From contig CBDEFO010000006.1 of assembly GCA_965237525.1 (NCBI GenBank), positions 224,001-288,000 on the forward strand: DNA of 64,000 nt. Reading direction: 5' to 3'. Below are positions 62,844 to 64,000 of the stretch, in pieces; within the stretch, counting starts at the first letter, position 1; each line of letters starts with the position of its first letter. Made by a program: the position numbers and the translations under genes. Below the pieces are notes generated by a model that saw only the letters and a list, made by a program, of their open reading frames with translations, did no database searches and was not told the DNA's origin. The stretch comes from Candidatus Latescibacterota bacterium (lineage in GTDB: Bacteria > Latescibacterota > CBDEFO01).

Positions 62844-62904
62844 GGCTAACAAACCGGATGCAGGGGACGGCAAATAGACGCGCCGCCGAGGCTAGTCGTT
62901 AGAA
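62844..62904 (+). other. attC-like integron cassette recombination site (degenerate)
   Basis: GGCTAAC...GTTAGAA core ends, 61 bp, GGATGCAG L-box-like segment. Confidence 0.5.
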
Positions 62905-62936
62905 TCCTGAACGGACGATGAAAGGAACATGGAGTC

Positions 62937-64000
62937 ATGAGTCATTCACGGAAAGAGATCGCCCGGGTTGCTCCAAAGGCGTACGAATACGTCAAGGAGG
63001 TCCTGGACTTCGGCTTCCACAATGCCACTTCGGTAGGAATGACCGCCCGACTGGAGCGCGAGTTCGCGCAACGCTTCGGGCAGACCTACGGCATAGCTCA
63101 CTGCAACGGCACCGCCACGATGCAGAGCGCTCTCATGGCTGCCGGTGTGGGAGTCGGCGATGAGGTAATCGTGCCGGCCTTCACGGTGTTCTCCACCCCG
63201 GCGGCAGTGCTGCACTGTAATGCGGTTCCGGTCGTTGTGGATGTAGACGCAGATACGTGGACCGTGAGCGCGGTCGCTATTCACAAGCAGATTACCCCGC
63301 GAACGCGGGCGATTATTCCAGTTTCCATCTGCGGATTGCCGGCGGATCTCGACCCAATCATGAGATTAGCCGAGGAGCACGACCTTGTGGTTATAGAAGA
63401 CAATACCCAGTGCTTATTGGGCCAATACAAAGGGCGTGTTGCCGGATCTATCGGCCATTTCGCCAGCTTCAGCTTTCAGTCTTCCAAGACGCTCACCTGC
63501 GGTGACGGTGGCATTCTGATCTGTTCAGACGATTCGCTGGCCCTGGCAACCAGAAAGGCCGCCACCCTGGGATTCAAGGATCTCACCTTGAAACCGGGCG
63601 ATAACGCAGTCGCGGAACGCCTGCGGTGCCAGCCGGATTATCAGCGCCACGACACCGTAGGGTGGAACCAGCGCCTGCCTGAAATAGCGTCTGCGGTGGC
63701 TCTGGCTGAACTTGAGCGAATCAATGAACTGGCGGAGATGCGCACGCACAGCGCCATGGCGTTTGACCAGGTCGTGCAAGACTGCGAGTGGATTGTGCCG
63801 CAAGGAACTCCTGAAGAATATGTCAACGCCTACTGGAATTACGCGGCCCGAATCACGCGCGACGATATCGTCTGGGCAGATTTCCTGGCGACGTTCATCC
63901 AGCTTGGAGGCGACGGTTTCTACGGTGCCTATCAGCCCGCTCATCTTGAACCGGTTTTTGCAAGTCTGAACAGGGCAGTGGTTGAGAAGCCGGATCGCTA
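62937..64000 (+). CDS. DegT/DnrJ/EryC1/StrS aminotransferase (runs off the window end)
   Basis: HCNGTATM, GDEVIVP, IEDNTQ, FSFQSSKTLTCGDGG; absent from the ORF track because it has no stop in the window. Confidence 0.9.
   Translation, partial: MSHSRKEIARVAPKAYEYVKEVLDFGFHNATSVGMTARLEREFAQRFGQTYGIAHCNGTATMQSALMAAGVGVGDEVIVPAFTVFSTPAAVLHCNAVPVVVDVDADTWTVSAVAIHKQITPRTRAIIPVSICGLPADLDPIMRLAEEHDLVVIEDNTQCLLGQYKGRVAGSIGHFASFSFQSSKTLTCGDGGILICSDDSLALATRKAATLGFKDLTLKPGDNAVAERLRCQPDYQRHDTVGWNQRLPEIASAVALAELERINELAEMRTHSAMAFDQVVQDCEWIVPQGTPEEYVNAYWNYAARITRDDIVWADFLATFIQLGGDGFYGAYQPAHLEPVFASLNRAVVEKPDR

Overview
Bacterial accessory/catabolic region, probably from a metagenome-assembled genome. The FlgD/CHU_C-tailed secreted proteins, BNR proteins, PhyH dioxygenases and Gfo/Idh/MocA genes resemble Latescibacterota/Poribacteria-like genomes (inference only). 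It holds a 4-gene tandem mosaic array of BNR/sialidase-like genes, metallophosphoesterases, a low-GC porin/binding-protein/histidine-kinase islet bounded by 101-bp direct repeats with a tRNA-Arg 3' remnant, three large secreted proteins, an nrdR-VOC-nrdJ locus with NrdR boxes, a degraded restriction-modification pair and many gene fragments or frameshifted genes. Two signals stand out. (1) A hidden selenoprotein at 61512-62249, which the ORF track splits in two: a UGSC-family protein with an in-frame TGA, a SECIS-like hairpin, an unusual vicinal Sec-Cys (UCGA) motif and an inserted Obg C-terminal-like (DUF1967) domain. (2) A recurring architecture in which cargo genes are bracketed by diverged copies of a neighbouring gene or gene tail, with no integrase in the window. 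All family calls come from motif recognition by eye; no searches were run.
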